Positions 51,562-63,937 of a stretch of 64,000 nucleotides of DNA are shown here, one piece after another. The notes under the pieces are model-generated. The model saw only the letters and a list, made by a program, of their open reading frames with translations, was not told the DNA's origin and did not search any database. Position 1 is the stretch's first letter. Every line of letters begins with the position of its first letter. The translations under genes were made by a program, and so were the position numbers. The stretch lies in the NCBI RefSeq assembly GCF_964194155.1, contig NC_135886.1, forward strand, positions 23,436,001 through 23,500,000, in the 5' to 3' direction. This stretch comes from Cetorhinus maximus (Eukaryota).

Positions 51562-53270
51562 CAGTGCACCAAAGCATTTGCATCAACCTTCAGCCATGAA
51601 TGCCAAGTGGATGATCCATCTTGGCCTGCTCCGGAGGCCCCCAGCATCACAGATGCCAGTCTCCAGGCAATTTGATTCACTCCACATGATATCAAGAAAT
51701 GGCTGAAGGTACTGGATACTGCAAAGGCTATGGGCCCTGAAAACATTCCAGCAATAGTACTGAAGACTTGTGCTCCAGAACTATCCGTACCCTTAACCAA
51801 GCTGTTCTAGTACAGCCAGAACACTGGGATCTACCCGGCTATGTGGAAAATTGCCCAGGTATGTCCTGTACACAAAAAGCAGGATAAATCCAACCCGGCC
51901 AATTACCACCCCACCAGTCTACTTTCAAACATCAGTAAAGTAATGGAAGGGGTCATCAACAGTGATATCAAGCAGCACTTGCTTATTAATCACCTGCTCA
52001 CTGACGCCCAGTTTGGGTTCCGCATGGGCCACTCAGCTCCTGACCTCATTACAGCCACGGTACAAACATGAACAAAAGTGTTGAACTCCCGAGGTGACGT
52101 GAGTATGACGGCCTTTGATATCAAGGCTGCATTTGACCAAGTGTGGTATCAAGGAAACCTAGCAAAACAGGAATCAATGGGAATCAGGGGGAAAACTCTC
52201 CATTAGTTGGAGTCATACCTTGCACAAAGGAAGGTCGTTGTGGTTGTTGGAGCTTAATCATCTCAGCTTCAGGACATCACTGCAGGAGTCCCTCAGGATA
52301 GTGTCCTAGGCCCACCATTTTCTGCTGCTTCATCAATGACCTTCCTTCCATCATAAGGTCAGAAGTGGGGGTGTTCGCTGATGATTGCACAATGTCCAGC
52401 ACCATTCGCAACTCCTCAGATGCTGAAGCAGTCCAAGTCCAAAAGCAGCAAGACCTGGACAATATCCAGGCTAACAAGTGGCAAGTAACATTCACACCAC
52501 ACAAGTGCCAGGGCAATGACCATCTCCAACAAGAAAGAATATAACCATCGCCCCTTGACGTTCAATGGCATTTCCATCACTGAATCCCCCACTATCAACA
52601 TCCTTGGGGTTACCATTGACTAGAAACTGAACTGGACTAGCCATTTAAATACTGTGGCTACAAGAGCAGGTCAGAGTTTGAAATTCTGCGATGAGTAACT
52701 TACCTCCTGATTCCCCAAAGCCTGTCCACCATCTACAAGGCACAAGTCAGGAGTGTGATGGAATACTCCCCACTTGCCTGGATGAGTGCAGCTCCCACAA
52801 CACTCAAGAAGATTGACACCATCCAGGACAAAACAGCCCACTTGATTGGCACCATATCCACAAACATTCACTCCCTCCACCACCGACACACAGTAGCAGC
52901 TGTCTGCACCATCTACAAGATGCACTGCAGGAATTCACCAAGGCTCCTTAGGCAGCACCTTCCAAACCCATGACCACTACCATCTAGAAGGACAAGAGCA
53001 GCAGATAGATGGGAATACCACCACCTGGAAGTTCCCCTCCAAGTCACTCACCATCCTGACTTGGAAATATATCGCTGTTCCTTCACTGTCGCTGGGTCAA
53101 AATCCTGGAACTCCCTCCCTAACAGCACTGTGGGTGTAGCTACACCATATGAACTGCAGCGGTTCAAGAAGGCAGCTCACCACCACCTTCTCAAGGGTAA
53201 CCAGGGATGGGCAATAAATGCTGGCCCAGCCAGCAAAGCCCACTTCCCATGAATGAATGAAAAAAAAAAT
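51562..53270 (+). mobile_element. CR1-like (Jockey-group) LINE, 5'-truncated RT region
   Basis: KAMGPENIP..WKIAQVCPVHKK..NYHPTSLL..QFGFR..FDIKAAFD..GVPQDSVLGP..VFADDCT; tail gaatgaatgaaaaaaaaa. Confidence 0.9.
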
Positions 53271-53385
53271 CACCGTGACAATGAACATTTATTATACTTC
53301 AGATCATGGATCAGTTCAATAAAATGTAACAGCTTGTTGTTGTAATTCTTGTCATAAATCCTAAAATAATGTGCAAATGTTTCAG

Positions 53386-53523
53386 GGACCTACTAAAGAA
53401 AGTACAAGATCAGTGGAAGCTTGGAATGGCTCCAGAGAAAAACAGTCATACACGTATATTATTGAAAGAAATACATCCCTTGCTTTCGTGTGGGCATTCC
53501 AACGAACGACTTCATTTGAACAG
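53386..53523 (+). CDS. ELAPOR1: ELAPOR1-like exon (GPTKESTRSVEAWNGSREKQSYTYIIERNTSLAFVWAFQRTTSFEQ)
   Basis: ttcag| acceptor, |gtacac donor, 138 nt; KQSYTYIIE and WAFQRT motifs. Confidence 0.92.
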
Positions 53524-53944
53524 GTACACCCTTATACTGGTACCTGCGTTATATTTTCTATATTATTGATTTTTTTTTTTATGGCATCAGAATCTGATAC
53601 ATTAACAATTGCATTTTCTTAAGCATGCTGTGCTTAATGTGCAGAAATGATGGGATGATGGCTAAGAAAAATAGTATTTGTTCCACACTTTCCTCAGGCT
53701 TTAGTTGTTTATCCTATTTTCCAATTATTTTACGCCTGATTTTACTTTGCCGCATGCTAATCAGATTCTCAGGAAATCTGATCATAAATTGACGTTAGTA
53801 AGATTGGTACAGAAACCAGTGTAAATTTTGGGTTGAGTCGGATCAAGTCAATTCCAGCCCACAGTTTCTCTTTGTTTTGGGACTCTCGTCATCTCGGTAA
53901 CTTTCTTTCAAGTGTGAGAAGTAAGCCATAGCTTCGGTTTTCAC

Positions 53945-54685
53945 CGGATTTTATGTCTAGCGTGTGGGGGCCATGGGGGATGCCGAAACAGGCTTATCTC
54001 CTGCCAGTCTGGTGGCCCTGCACCAATTTAATGTCCATTGGGATGGTAAATTGAGGGGAGACTTCCATCCCCATCTGGAGAGGAAGTTCCTTCCTCCAAG
54101 CGCTGCTGACCAATCGGGTGGCCGGCAGATCTCTAGCCTCAGCAGTGCCACCAGGAGTAGTGGCCAGTGCTGGGACTGCAGCCAGACCCCAACAACGTTC
54201 ATTGCTGGAGCCAGGAGAGGGGAGGGGAGTATGCTGGCTGTCCAGGTTGAGGGAAACTGGGGTGGGGGCTAGTAGTGAACAGGAATGGTTGCGGGGGTTG
54301 GTGGTGGGGGGTGGGAATAGGGGTTTGACTGGAAATTGGTAGGGTGCCTCCAATTGAAACAGGGAGTAGAAGAGGCATCTCTCCCCAACCCCTTTCCCAC
54401 CCAAAGCCTAAGCAGTGTTACCTGCCGTGTTTCCGACCCATCACCAGGCTAAGTTGACTGCCACCTGAGAAATAGCGGCGGAGGCCAGAAGTGGCCCTTA
54501 AATGGGCATTAATTGCCACGTGGGTGAGTTGGCCACCCATCACCACTGCTGTAAAATTGTGACGGGGACAGGGGCAGGTGGGTAGGCACCAAGAAATGTG
54601 ACAGGCCATTTTACTCACTCCCCCCCACCCCCGGCCACCAACACCACCTGGAAACCTACCCACAGGGGAGGGTAAAATTCTGCCC
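53945..54685. mobile_element. Harbinger-like MITE
   Basis: Right TIR taaaattctgccc ends at 54685; the left end is degenerate (ccggattttatg). Related to 40610-41296. Confidence 0.6.
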
Positions 54686-54909
54686 TGTGTTTTAAGAAAT
54701 TTTTGGATTAACAGTTCCAAAGATACTCCTGTCTTTTTTTCCCTAACATAATTACTGCTGTTAAGACTGTTGATCATGTTCACCCTTCCAGGATGATTGG
54801 TTAATTCTCAAAGCCTGAGGCAGGGCTTCTGTGAGTCACCCTCCTTTGTGACTGTTTCAGCAGCTGCGCTCCTCTAGCTGCAAACTTTTAATTTAAAGAT
54901 TCACATCAT

Positions 54910-56220
54910 GGGCAGAACTTTTCGCTGAGCGGGCGGGTGCGCGCCCGACCAACCCTCTCGAGCATAAAATAGCACGTGATGACATCAGGTGAACATCCCG
55001 ATGTCATCCCGCTCTCTCACGATATTTCAGTTGGCAGGTGAGCGTGGAGTCAGAGCCGCGCCCGCCATCAACTACGAGGCCAGCTAAGGCCATTAAAAAG
55101 GCAATGAAGCTGTATTTTACATTGCCCGTGTGATTTGGCACTTGTCGCACAGGCAAAATGGGCAGGCGGGCAACCGACAATTTGCTGAACCTCATCCAAA
55201 TGTGGGATAAAAAGGGTCAGTAGTATTGCCAGCCTGAGTTGTGAGGAGCCTTGGAGATAGTTTACAGCTGGTTGCTTATTGGCACTTGGCAGCTTAATCT
55301 TTGTTTGGGGCGTCCTGCTCAAACCTGGTCAGCAGCAGCAGGTTGGGCGAACCTCTGCCTGTATGTGACCTCTCTGCTTGTTTATGGCCTGTCTTCTCCT
55401 GAAAGAACAGAGGAGCATTGATTAGTCCACTCTCTACCTGCAGCGCCATTGCAGCCTGGCCAACCCCAGCTGAGGAACACCTCGCAGGGCACATCCGAGT
55501 TACAGCCCTTGAGCCATAAGGCACTCAGTTCAAGCCACCTGGGCTCACCCCTTGGCCAGCCCCAGCGTCAATGACAGTTAGCACTCAGACTCAAACACCC
55601 CTGAGGTCTACAGGGGGACGGCCACACCTTAACACTTCTGCACACTGACCCATGCCAGCATGATACTCACCCTTCCTGAGCGCAGCAGGTCATTGAACAT
55701 CTTCCGGCACTGCACCCACGTGCACCGCACAACGTCATGGCTGCTCACCAACACTGCCACCTCCTCCAATGCCCTCTTTGTGAGGTGCTGTGGCCTCCTC
55801 CTCCCATCTCTGGGGACAATGGTGTCCCTCCTGGCGGCCACCTCCTCCAGGAGGACCACGAGGCGCTCATCCAAAAAGCGGGGAGCCGAGTGCCCACCTG
55901 ACCTTCCCTCCAGCCTGGCGTCTCCAGCCGCACTCAACTCCATCACTTTGCTAATGCAGAACAGACGTTCTTCTGTGGCAGTGTTCCTGGGGCTGCCTGG
56001 GCCATTTTTAAACCGGCCGCTAGGTTGCCATTGGACCCGATGCCCCCGTCCTCACTGGGCCCTTCCTGACAAGTGGGGAGGCACGTTTCACGCTGTGCGT
56101 GCCTTAATTGGCCCGCCAGCATGAAATCGCGGCCGGGGGCCAATCACAGACGGCAGCCTGTTTCCCGGCTGCTCCTGGGCCCACCGACCACACCCACCTG
56201 CTGATCTCAAAATTCTGCCC
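54910..56220 (+). mobile_element. Internally deleted derivative of the 22423 Harbinger family (1311 bp), retaining Myb/SANT exon 1 and part of exon 2
   Basis: TIRs gggcagaacttt / aaaattctgccc; exact CAT TSD (54907-54909, 56221-56223). 54910-55310 parallels 22423-22808 and 55311-56220 parallels ~25670-26575. Confidence 0.92.
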
Positions 56221-57422
56221 CATATATTCAAAAAAAAAAATCAGGATGTCTTATGAAAAAAAAAATCATGGAGAAACTTGAATTCAAGTGTAGAATTCAG
56301 CTCTGCTTTGCTTAGTCTGGATATAAATGATTTCTGCAGTTGGGATAGCATGCTACCTCAGGGACATTGCTTTGCTGTGTCTTCATACGCTGTATTATTA
56401 TCTGTCATTCCAGCATCCAACATTCATCCCCAAGTTAACTTTCACCAGAACCAGGACAATGATAATGGTCAGGCCTATGTGACATACTGGATTGTTACAA
56501 AGTGCATTCCTATGTAGCAGGCATGTAATATTGGCATCATCTCTTTTTTAAACTGACATTATCCAATATTATTTAGTGCTGAACAAGTTTTACCTTGTTA
56601 ATAAATGTTATTTGCTTGGAATTGCTGACATTGATACTTACAAACTCCCACAGGTGGTGCAGACAGATACCACAGGGTCCCAAGCTATTCAGTTCAACGA
56701 GCTTGAGACTTTCCCACTTACATGCCATCCATGGTGGCCTCTTAATTCCATACAATTGTTCATTGGAGAAAAACATCCATACTTTATAAAGATCATGCCC
56801 CTGCGGGGCATGGACAGATATCACACTCAGTCTATATCCAACCTATAATAAAAGACCCTGCTTTCAGTTGAAACCTACATTGGGGGTTGCTGCAGCGCAG
56901 CAGCCTCCCGAGGTTAACAGACTCCATGCACAAGATAACTGAAACCATTAAGTGGCCACTTAACCCTGACAGGTATGCCTGCAGCCTTCTACTTGTGGAG
57001 TCCAACAGAGATACCCACCAGAGACATAGACCACCCAAAGGTAAAGACTCCCGTCTTCCCTAAAAATGAACCCTCTCCGCCTCCTCGCCTGGGCCCTCCT
57101 GACTGCCCCGGTGAGCCCGCCTTACCAGCCTTCACTCCAGGCTCTAAAGATGGTCCTACAGCCTGGGCATCCAGTAGTACCAGCAGTGGCCACACTCTCA
57201 ATGGCACTGCCGATACTGAGGAGCTACCAGCCTCCTGATTGGCTAGCAGCTCTCAGGGGCAGGAAATTCGCTATGAGGATGATGAGAACCCTGACTCCAA
57301 GTAAGGTAAGTGCTTGGGTGGCACTATATCAGGTTGGTGGGGACAGGGGTGGAATGGTCGCAGCTGTCTTGTCTATCACCAGCTCTCTAGTCAGTGAAAG
57401 GACCCACCACCATGAGCATTAA

Positions 57423-57430
57423 GGTGTGTG

Positions 57431-57464
<34 letters not shown>

Positions 57465-57500
57465 CACACATGCGCATGCGTGTATGTGTGCATCTGCGTG
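57423..57500. repeat. (TG)n microsatellite with imperfect purine-pyrimidine flanks
   Basis: gtgtgtgt run followed by gcacacatgcgcatgcgtgtatgtgtgc. Confidence 0.9.
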
Positions 57501-57772
57501 TATAAATGCCTATTGAATGAATCAGAAGTGCTGTAGCAACTATTCCTTTGTGAAAAACCTTTTTTAATGAGATGAAAATCAACTGTGCCCTACAATGGGA
57601 ATGCAATTCAATTTGCCAGATTACTTCCCAGTTTGTGAAGGTAAAAATTACTCTCTCTGTTTTATTTGAAAAGATATCCAATATTATGAAGTTTCTGCAC
57701 AGCAGCAAAGCACCTTGTGTTCCATTTTAATAAAGGCTAGTAGATATTTAAGTTATGGCCTCTATATTTCAG

Positions 57773-58036
57773 AGTCGAGTGTATTCACCTGATGTTGCCA
57801 AAATTTACTCCATCAATGTGACCAATGTCATAGGAGGGGTCTCATCATACTGTGTACCATGCGCGATGGAATTGAACTCCTCAGGATCATCTTGTGTATC
57901 ATGTGCATCAGGACAGTACATAGACAAGGAGTCCAATAAATGCCTGTCATGTCCACCAATTACACACCTCAAAGCACATCATCACTATGGAAAGGAGTCT
58001 TGCATCCCATGTGGACCTGGCACCCAAAATAATTTG
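57773..58036 (+). CDS. ELAPOR1: ELAPOR1-like exon (SRVYSPDVAKIYSINVTNVIGGVSSYCVPCAME...CIPCGPGTQNNL)
   Basis: ttcag| acceptor, |gtaatc donor, 264 nt; lies within ORF 57755..58066. Confidence 0.93.
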
Positions 58037-59075
58037 GTAATCATTGTTATTTATATTTGTGGATGAAAATATGTGTGGGACATCAACACTGATGAATATG
58101 ATAATACCCAATTACAGCATTAAGTACTTTCAGGCCTGGCATTGCATAGGATAGCTATTGACAGACGTAGAAATAGGCCTTAACCCAATTCTCAGAAGAG
58201 CACCCCCACTTTTAAATTAATACTGTAATGTAGACAGCTTTTGTGCTGTAGAATGATGTATGTTTGGAAATGTGTTGCCAGTTCTGAAACTCAAATGGCA
58301 TCCATATAGAAAGGAAAAAAAACAATGCGCCTCATTCAGTGAGTTATTGGCACCCTGAGGCCTATTCTTTGATGGTAGGAGCACCATATTAATAGGTGTG
58401 GGGATTTGAGGTTTACCATCCACCTAGTACACTCAGTGCTTACCTATGAGGTCAGCTAGCCCATGCACTTTGTGTAAGATGCACTAAGGCCCCAGAATGA
58501 TATAACTTAAAATAACTCCCTATAATTTAGCCACAGTGTTTGAACTGAAAAGGTGGCTGACTTTAAAAAAAAAATCAAATTTTAATCCTGGCTGGCTTCT
58601 GTTTCTTATAGAAGCACCTTAATTTTGCTGCTTCTCATTTTTTTTCAACAACCTCGATGACCAATTTTTCAAATGGGGCTTCCAAATATTTCCCTTTCTG
58701 GTTGCCAAGCTACATATATATCTAACAATAGCAAAGCAGTAAGCGTAGTCCCGACATTACATGTCAGTATATTGAGCTGCAGTAACATGGAATGTCAGAG
58801 CATCCTCTACCAGTGATCTCGACATACTCCGGAGACTGAGTGAGGCGACATCCATTCCCCGTGGGAGGGGAGGGAGGGGAATTTGGATATTCATTATCGT
58901 ATCAAAGCAGTTTCATCAGGTGTCCAAGAGCAAGTTGGTTGCACATCTTCACAGTTGGAGAAAGGGTGGGGGAGACTACTGGGGAAACGAGGCGATTATG
59001 AGATTGAGAATGGGAGAGAGGGTAAAAATGTATTAGCTACAATAACAACATTTCTATCCAACACCTTATTTATAT

Positions 59076-59994
59076 TGTTATGACCGGGATTGGAGGAATG
59101 TGCAGTTTATCTAGCTCCACTACTCCACAGGGTCACACCATTAGTTTACAAAATGGCCAATTATTTACATTTGCTACTGTTAGACCCAGAATAAAAGAGA
59201 CTTTAACCAGACTTTTTTCAATAAACTCTGAATGATTGACTTATTATTAAGCAAAACTTCTTCTGGAAGTATAACTATTTATCCATTTTAAAAATACCCC
59301 AGCACGCACATGCACACATACAGAAAAAAAGGACAAGCAGATAGGGTCTCTCTGCAGATATGGGCTTTAGAGGATATGCATTATAAAATAAAGGATAAAG
59401 TTTGCAGGGTCTCAATGCTGTCGATCTGAAGCTCCTTCATGTGAAGATGGGCCGCTGGTCCTGGTAGATCTCTGGAGGTTCTCACCAACAGAGCTTCGGC
59501 ATGGCGGAGAATACAGCCAGGTTAATCCCTCATCTCAGGCTCTCAGGTTTCCAAAAAACAGACAAGCTCCACTGAGCTGAGGATTCTTAGCTGGAGACTG
59601 ACAACCACTTTATTTCAAGCAAGGCAAGAAGGCAAGCTGGGCAGCTTTTACTTTCTCAGTTTAGTACCAACTGAACTCAAAAACGTAAGTCCAAAACTTA
59701 AAGCTGATCCCTGTCATATGGTTTCCAGTAACTCACAAGTTTTTTTGCCTTTAAACCAGTTTTTTTTACCCCACCCGTTAAAGTAATTGCAATACAAACA
59801 AACACACAGCTCTTCTCCCCCCACCCCTGCCTCTCAAGTACCATGCTGATCAGGTGATTTCTTGGAAAAGGCATGCTTGTTGACAGTTCCAAGGTGAACT
59901 TATGAGCTTTTTATGAAAACGCCAGGTCAGCACCCAAAGGTCCAGATAACGCAATGTCCTTCTAAATTTTGAAGGAAAAATCCTGTTCGTGAAG
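59076..59994. mobile_element. Probable solo LTR (Gypsy-type)
   Basis: Begins tgttatga and ends in a degenerate ttcgtgaag; flanked by atat on both sides (59072-59075, 59995-59998); non-coding. Confidence 0.5.
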
Positions 59995-60579
59995 ATATGG
60001 TTCTCCCAACAATATAATTTGTGAAGATCAAAAATGATTCAACAATTAATCACATGGGCACAGAGTTTTCATTTTTGTGCTACAGTATGAAGTAGTAACT
60101 GCAGAAACAAAGCAGTTATACTGACCCTGCTGTTTCAGGCACTTAAAAATTCAATATATAAACTGTTTGCTCAGAAAAAATAAACCAAGGTGAATGCCCA
60201 TGGTTTGAAGTGACAAAATGAGAAAATGAGGTGTATTAGGAGATAATGATGAGATAATAGATGCCATGGGTTTTAATAGCCTGAAGGTTTCAAGAGGTAG
60301 GAAAGACGGAGGGAAATGTGTTAAGGTTTTGAAGTCTTGGGAGATTATCAGATGGGATCTGCAACAAGTCAGAATTTCAACACATTGGAGATCTGAGCAG
60401 TGGAAAGAAGGTGTAAGATTGTGCATTTGGAACGTAGAAGAAATATGAGAGGAATACTCAGGGGAAATAAAAAAGAATTTGCATTTATAGTGCCTTTTCA
60501 CATCCTCAGGATATCTTGAAGTGCTTTTAAGCTAATGAATAATTTTTGAAGTGTAGCCAGTGTTAGTTGATGTTTTTAA

Positions 60580-60780
60580 GGATTCTCTCTCTTCAGGCAC
60601 TGTCCACCTTCCCTCCACATCTACCATCATTACCCCTTTCTATAAAACCCACCTTTGACTCCACTATCCTTGCAAACTACAGGACAATCTCCAACATCTC
60701 TTTCCTCTCCAAAGTCCTTGAATGTGTTGTTGCCTCCCAAATCCACGGCCAACTTTCCGGCAAATCGATGTTTGGACCCT
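60580..60780 (+). mobile_element. L2 LINE RT fragment
   Basis: PLSIKPTFDSTILANYRTISNISFLSKVLECVVASQI resembles the L2 pattern KKP.LD...L.NYRPISNL.FLSKVLE.VVA.Q. Confidence 0.7.
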
Positions 60781-61019
60781 TCCGGCAGAGAAAATGTTAT
60801 TGTATTTTTACATCTCTGGTGACCAAAAGGTACAGAGGGAGTAGTGCAAAGGTGAAGAAACGTATTGCACTTCACATATCTAAATTTGATCATTAGAACA
60901 CCCTTTTCATCATACATACCATGAAAAAATGTTTTTGTTTACAAGTTCCATAAACAAAGTAGTCTATGGATGTGAAATTTGCTGTGAAGAATATCTTGCA
61001 TCTAGGAACAATTATTGAA

Positions 61020-62360
61020 GTTAAGTGGTTTTCTCCAAGTCAGAAATTTGTGGGTTTAGGCTCCACTCCAGGGATTGGAGCACATGATTTAGCTGATTCT
61101 TCAGGACAGTAGTGAGGGAGTAGCATATTATAAGCACTGATGTGGTGAATCTTAACATTTTGACCAACTGGGAACTGAAGGGTAGGGTAAAGCATGGGAA
61201 ACACGGAAGCTAGGGTTTCTCCACTTGCAGTGGAGACCATGGGTGGAGGCCTAAGAGGAATTAGGCCAGGAAGGACACGGGCTAGAGATCAGAGGCCTAT
61301 ATTTTTTTTCATACCAGGTGCAGTGGGGTGGATGGTCGGAGGCCTTGGGTGGGAGATTGGAAGGGTACAATGTCCAAATATGGGGGAATTGATGAGGCAG
61401 ATATGCTGAATCCAGCTGGTAAGTGGACAGGCACTTACCTCTTAGATCCAGCAGTTCTTGCCTCCCTTTAGGAAGTGGGTTTTATGAAGCCCAGGATACC
61501 CAGCTGCCCAGAGTTAAAACTGAATAAGAATGAGGCATGCAGCTTCATTATAATAATTAAATTGTCAACCCACCTCCTGTGTGTGGGTTGGTCACCTACA
61601 TCGCCCTTACCCCCAGCCCCAGTCCTGCCTCTGTTAAAGTTGGAAGTGGGTAGGTTAAATCGGTATTCAAACCTGCCGCTTCTTTAGGTTGAAAGTCAAA
61701 AGAAGCAATGGTCCAGGTCTTGCGGTCAGCAGTGAAGCGGAGGCGTTTACAGCTGACTGCATGAAAAAGTATGACCCTCCCTTTTCTGTAGGCTGCAGCA
61801 GAAACTTGCTGTCCAGGCTGCAACATTGGGCCAGTGGCAAAGTGAGTGGAGAGGTCTAGCAGCATGGCACATTGCCAGGGAAGCCCTTTGAATATTACAA
61901 GCTGGAGCCATGCCCTTTGAGTCTGTGTTCAGCTCAATGTCAGGTAAGGATTGTTTCTTTGCAATTTTTTTTCATTTGATGTAGTTTTAATTACACAACT
62001 CTCTGGGCCCCCTCCCAGATCCCTGGCCCTCCCACCCCCCGGCTTCTCTCGACCCTTGCTCCTCAGTCCCACCAATATCAGAAACAGTACTTGATCTTCC
62101 CATTTGGGACAATGTTGTCAATACTACACCATTATTGGAAGAAGAGCAGGGGAATTCTCCTAATATTCTGGCCAATGTTTATCCCTCAACCAGTAACACA
62201 AAAGCAAGTTACCCAGGTCAATTCATCTGATTGACATATGTGGGACCTTGTTTCTTTTTAAGTTGGCTGTCCCATTTGCCTGTATAACAACCTGACTACA
62301 TTTTGGAAGTCATTTATTGATTGTGAAGATTTATTGAAGAAATGTGAAAGGTTTTAAATA
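61020..62360 (+). mobile_element. Deu-domain SINE (family B) split by ~1 kb of inserted sequence
   Basis: Head agtcagaaatttgtgggtttaggctccactccaggg at ~61040; 3' half gaagaagagcaggggaattctcc..ctggccaatgtttatccctcaacc at ~62138. Confidence 0.5.
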
Positions 62361-62435
62361 AAAATGATTTTAATGGTTTTAAATAAAAATGAAATCTCTC
62401 TACGTTGATGTTTTTCATGGACGTCTCTTTCTCAG

Positions 62436-62609
62436 AACCACACTCTCTGTTACAACGATTGCAAATTTGTATATCACAAAGAACGTAGGACTTGGCAGTA
62501 TGACTTCAGCCTTCTCAATGACTCAACTTCACTTACAAGTGGTCCTCATTTCACTCCAAAAGGAGTGCGATACTTCTACTATTTCAATATTGGTCTCTGT
62601 GGAAATCAG
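62436..62609 (+). CDS. ELAPOR1: ELAPOR1-like exon (NHTLCYNDCKF...SGPHFTPKGVRYFYYFNIGLCGNQ)
   Basis: ctcag| acceptor, |gtaggg donor, 174 nt. Confidence 0.92.
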
Positions 62610-62713
62610 GTAGGGATGAAAACCCTTTGATGCCAGGAATGATTTTATTTTTTCACTTCTACAAAACAAGTAACCGCATTCATTTATTAAATACTTGCAC
62701 TGTTTTTCACAAG

Positions 62714-62894
62714 GGAAGGAAATTGGCCTCTTGTGTGGATAATGTAACAGTTGAAAGTGCCATCGATCGTGATGAAGGCTTTGCCAGAGTTGTCACATCT
62801 TATATCTGCCAGTCTACACTCGTTCCATCAGATGTAACAGGATTCAGGACTATCATGTCATCCCATCCCATCAATTTAGCAGATCATTTGATAG
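62714..62894 (+). CDS. ELAPOR1: ELAPOR1-like exon (GRKLASCVDNVT...YICQSTLVPSDVTGFRTIMSSHPINLADHLI)
   Basis: acaag| acceptor, |gtgagt donor, 181 nt; follows a short 104-nt intron. Confidence 0.92.
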
Positions 62895-63937
62895 GTGAGT
62901 GTTTTCTGAAAGGCTACATTTATATCATGCATATATATCACAATGATTTGCTGGAATGGATATGTTAATGGGATCATAAAGCTTTTGAAAATTATGCAGA
63001 TCAGTGTGATGGGCTACTGTCTGTTGGATTACAGATGAAATGTAAAGGTAATCATGAGCTGTAGCTATGTCCTGATGTTAAATGAATAAGAACAAAGGCT
63101 TTGCTTTTAAGCTGAATAGGCATGATTTTATTTGGCAGATTTTATTTATTAGACTTTCAATCTATTTTATTGTATGCTGCAGAAGACAACATATTTTTAC
63201 ACATTGTCATCTAGAAGAGATCAAAGTGTTGAATTACACTCTGCAGGTGTTAGCCTGTTGGAACTTAAACACATGCTGATGTATGGATTTGAAATTTCTT
63301 TGCCCATTATCTTAACTCATTTATTTTATTTTAATGCCAAAGTGTCTTTTATCTTGAAATGCATAACTTCTTTAAATCTTAATTCAAATACCATGAACAT
63401 TGAAATATATGCTTAAATATGCATTGGATTTTCTGACACCTTGTCATTTTTATTATAAACCTATCAGGAGCCAACATCCCTACAACTGATTATGACAGGT
63501 TAAATAGCCAAAATATTTAACTGAAAGTATATTGTCTGCCTCCCAACACACTTCACACAACACTACAACATTACACAACTGCTACCTGAAGTACAAAAGG
63601 AGGATGTTACCCTACCTTCTTCTGTTCTAATAATCAATGTATTTATAAACCAAATATAAACTTTGACTTAGGAGCAGTATTTCTAAGAAAATAATCATTT
63701 TTAGTATCTTTCATTTTATCAAGGAAAATTCAATGTTAAAAGAATCATGGGGCATCTTTGCAGTAAAGGGCCTGTATGGTGAATGTGTCCCAGAACTTGG
63801 CTTAGATAACTCTGAGTTAGATTTATTTTAAAAATACAAAACTTTTTTCTCTCACTGATGACAAATTAATCCCATCCAGTCGTCAGTATCTGGTCCTAAA
63901 ATGAATACTTTAAAGACATTTTCTTTCATAATTTCAG

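Noticed and set aside
63468-63498. Possible small exon (atcag|...gacag|gttaaa)
   Set aside because: 31 nt with a weak donor; exon 62714-62894 joins 63938 in frame with family-like sequence.
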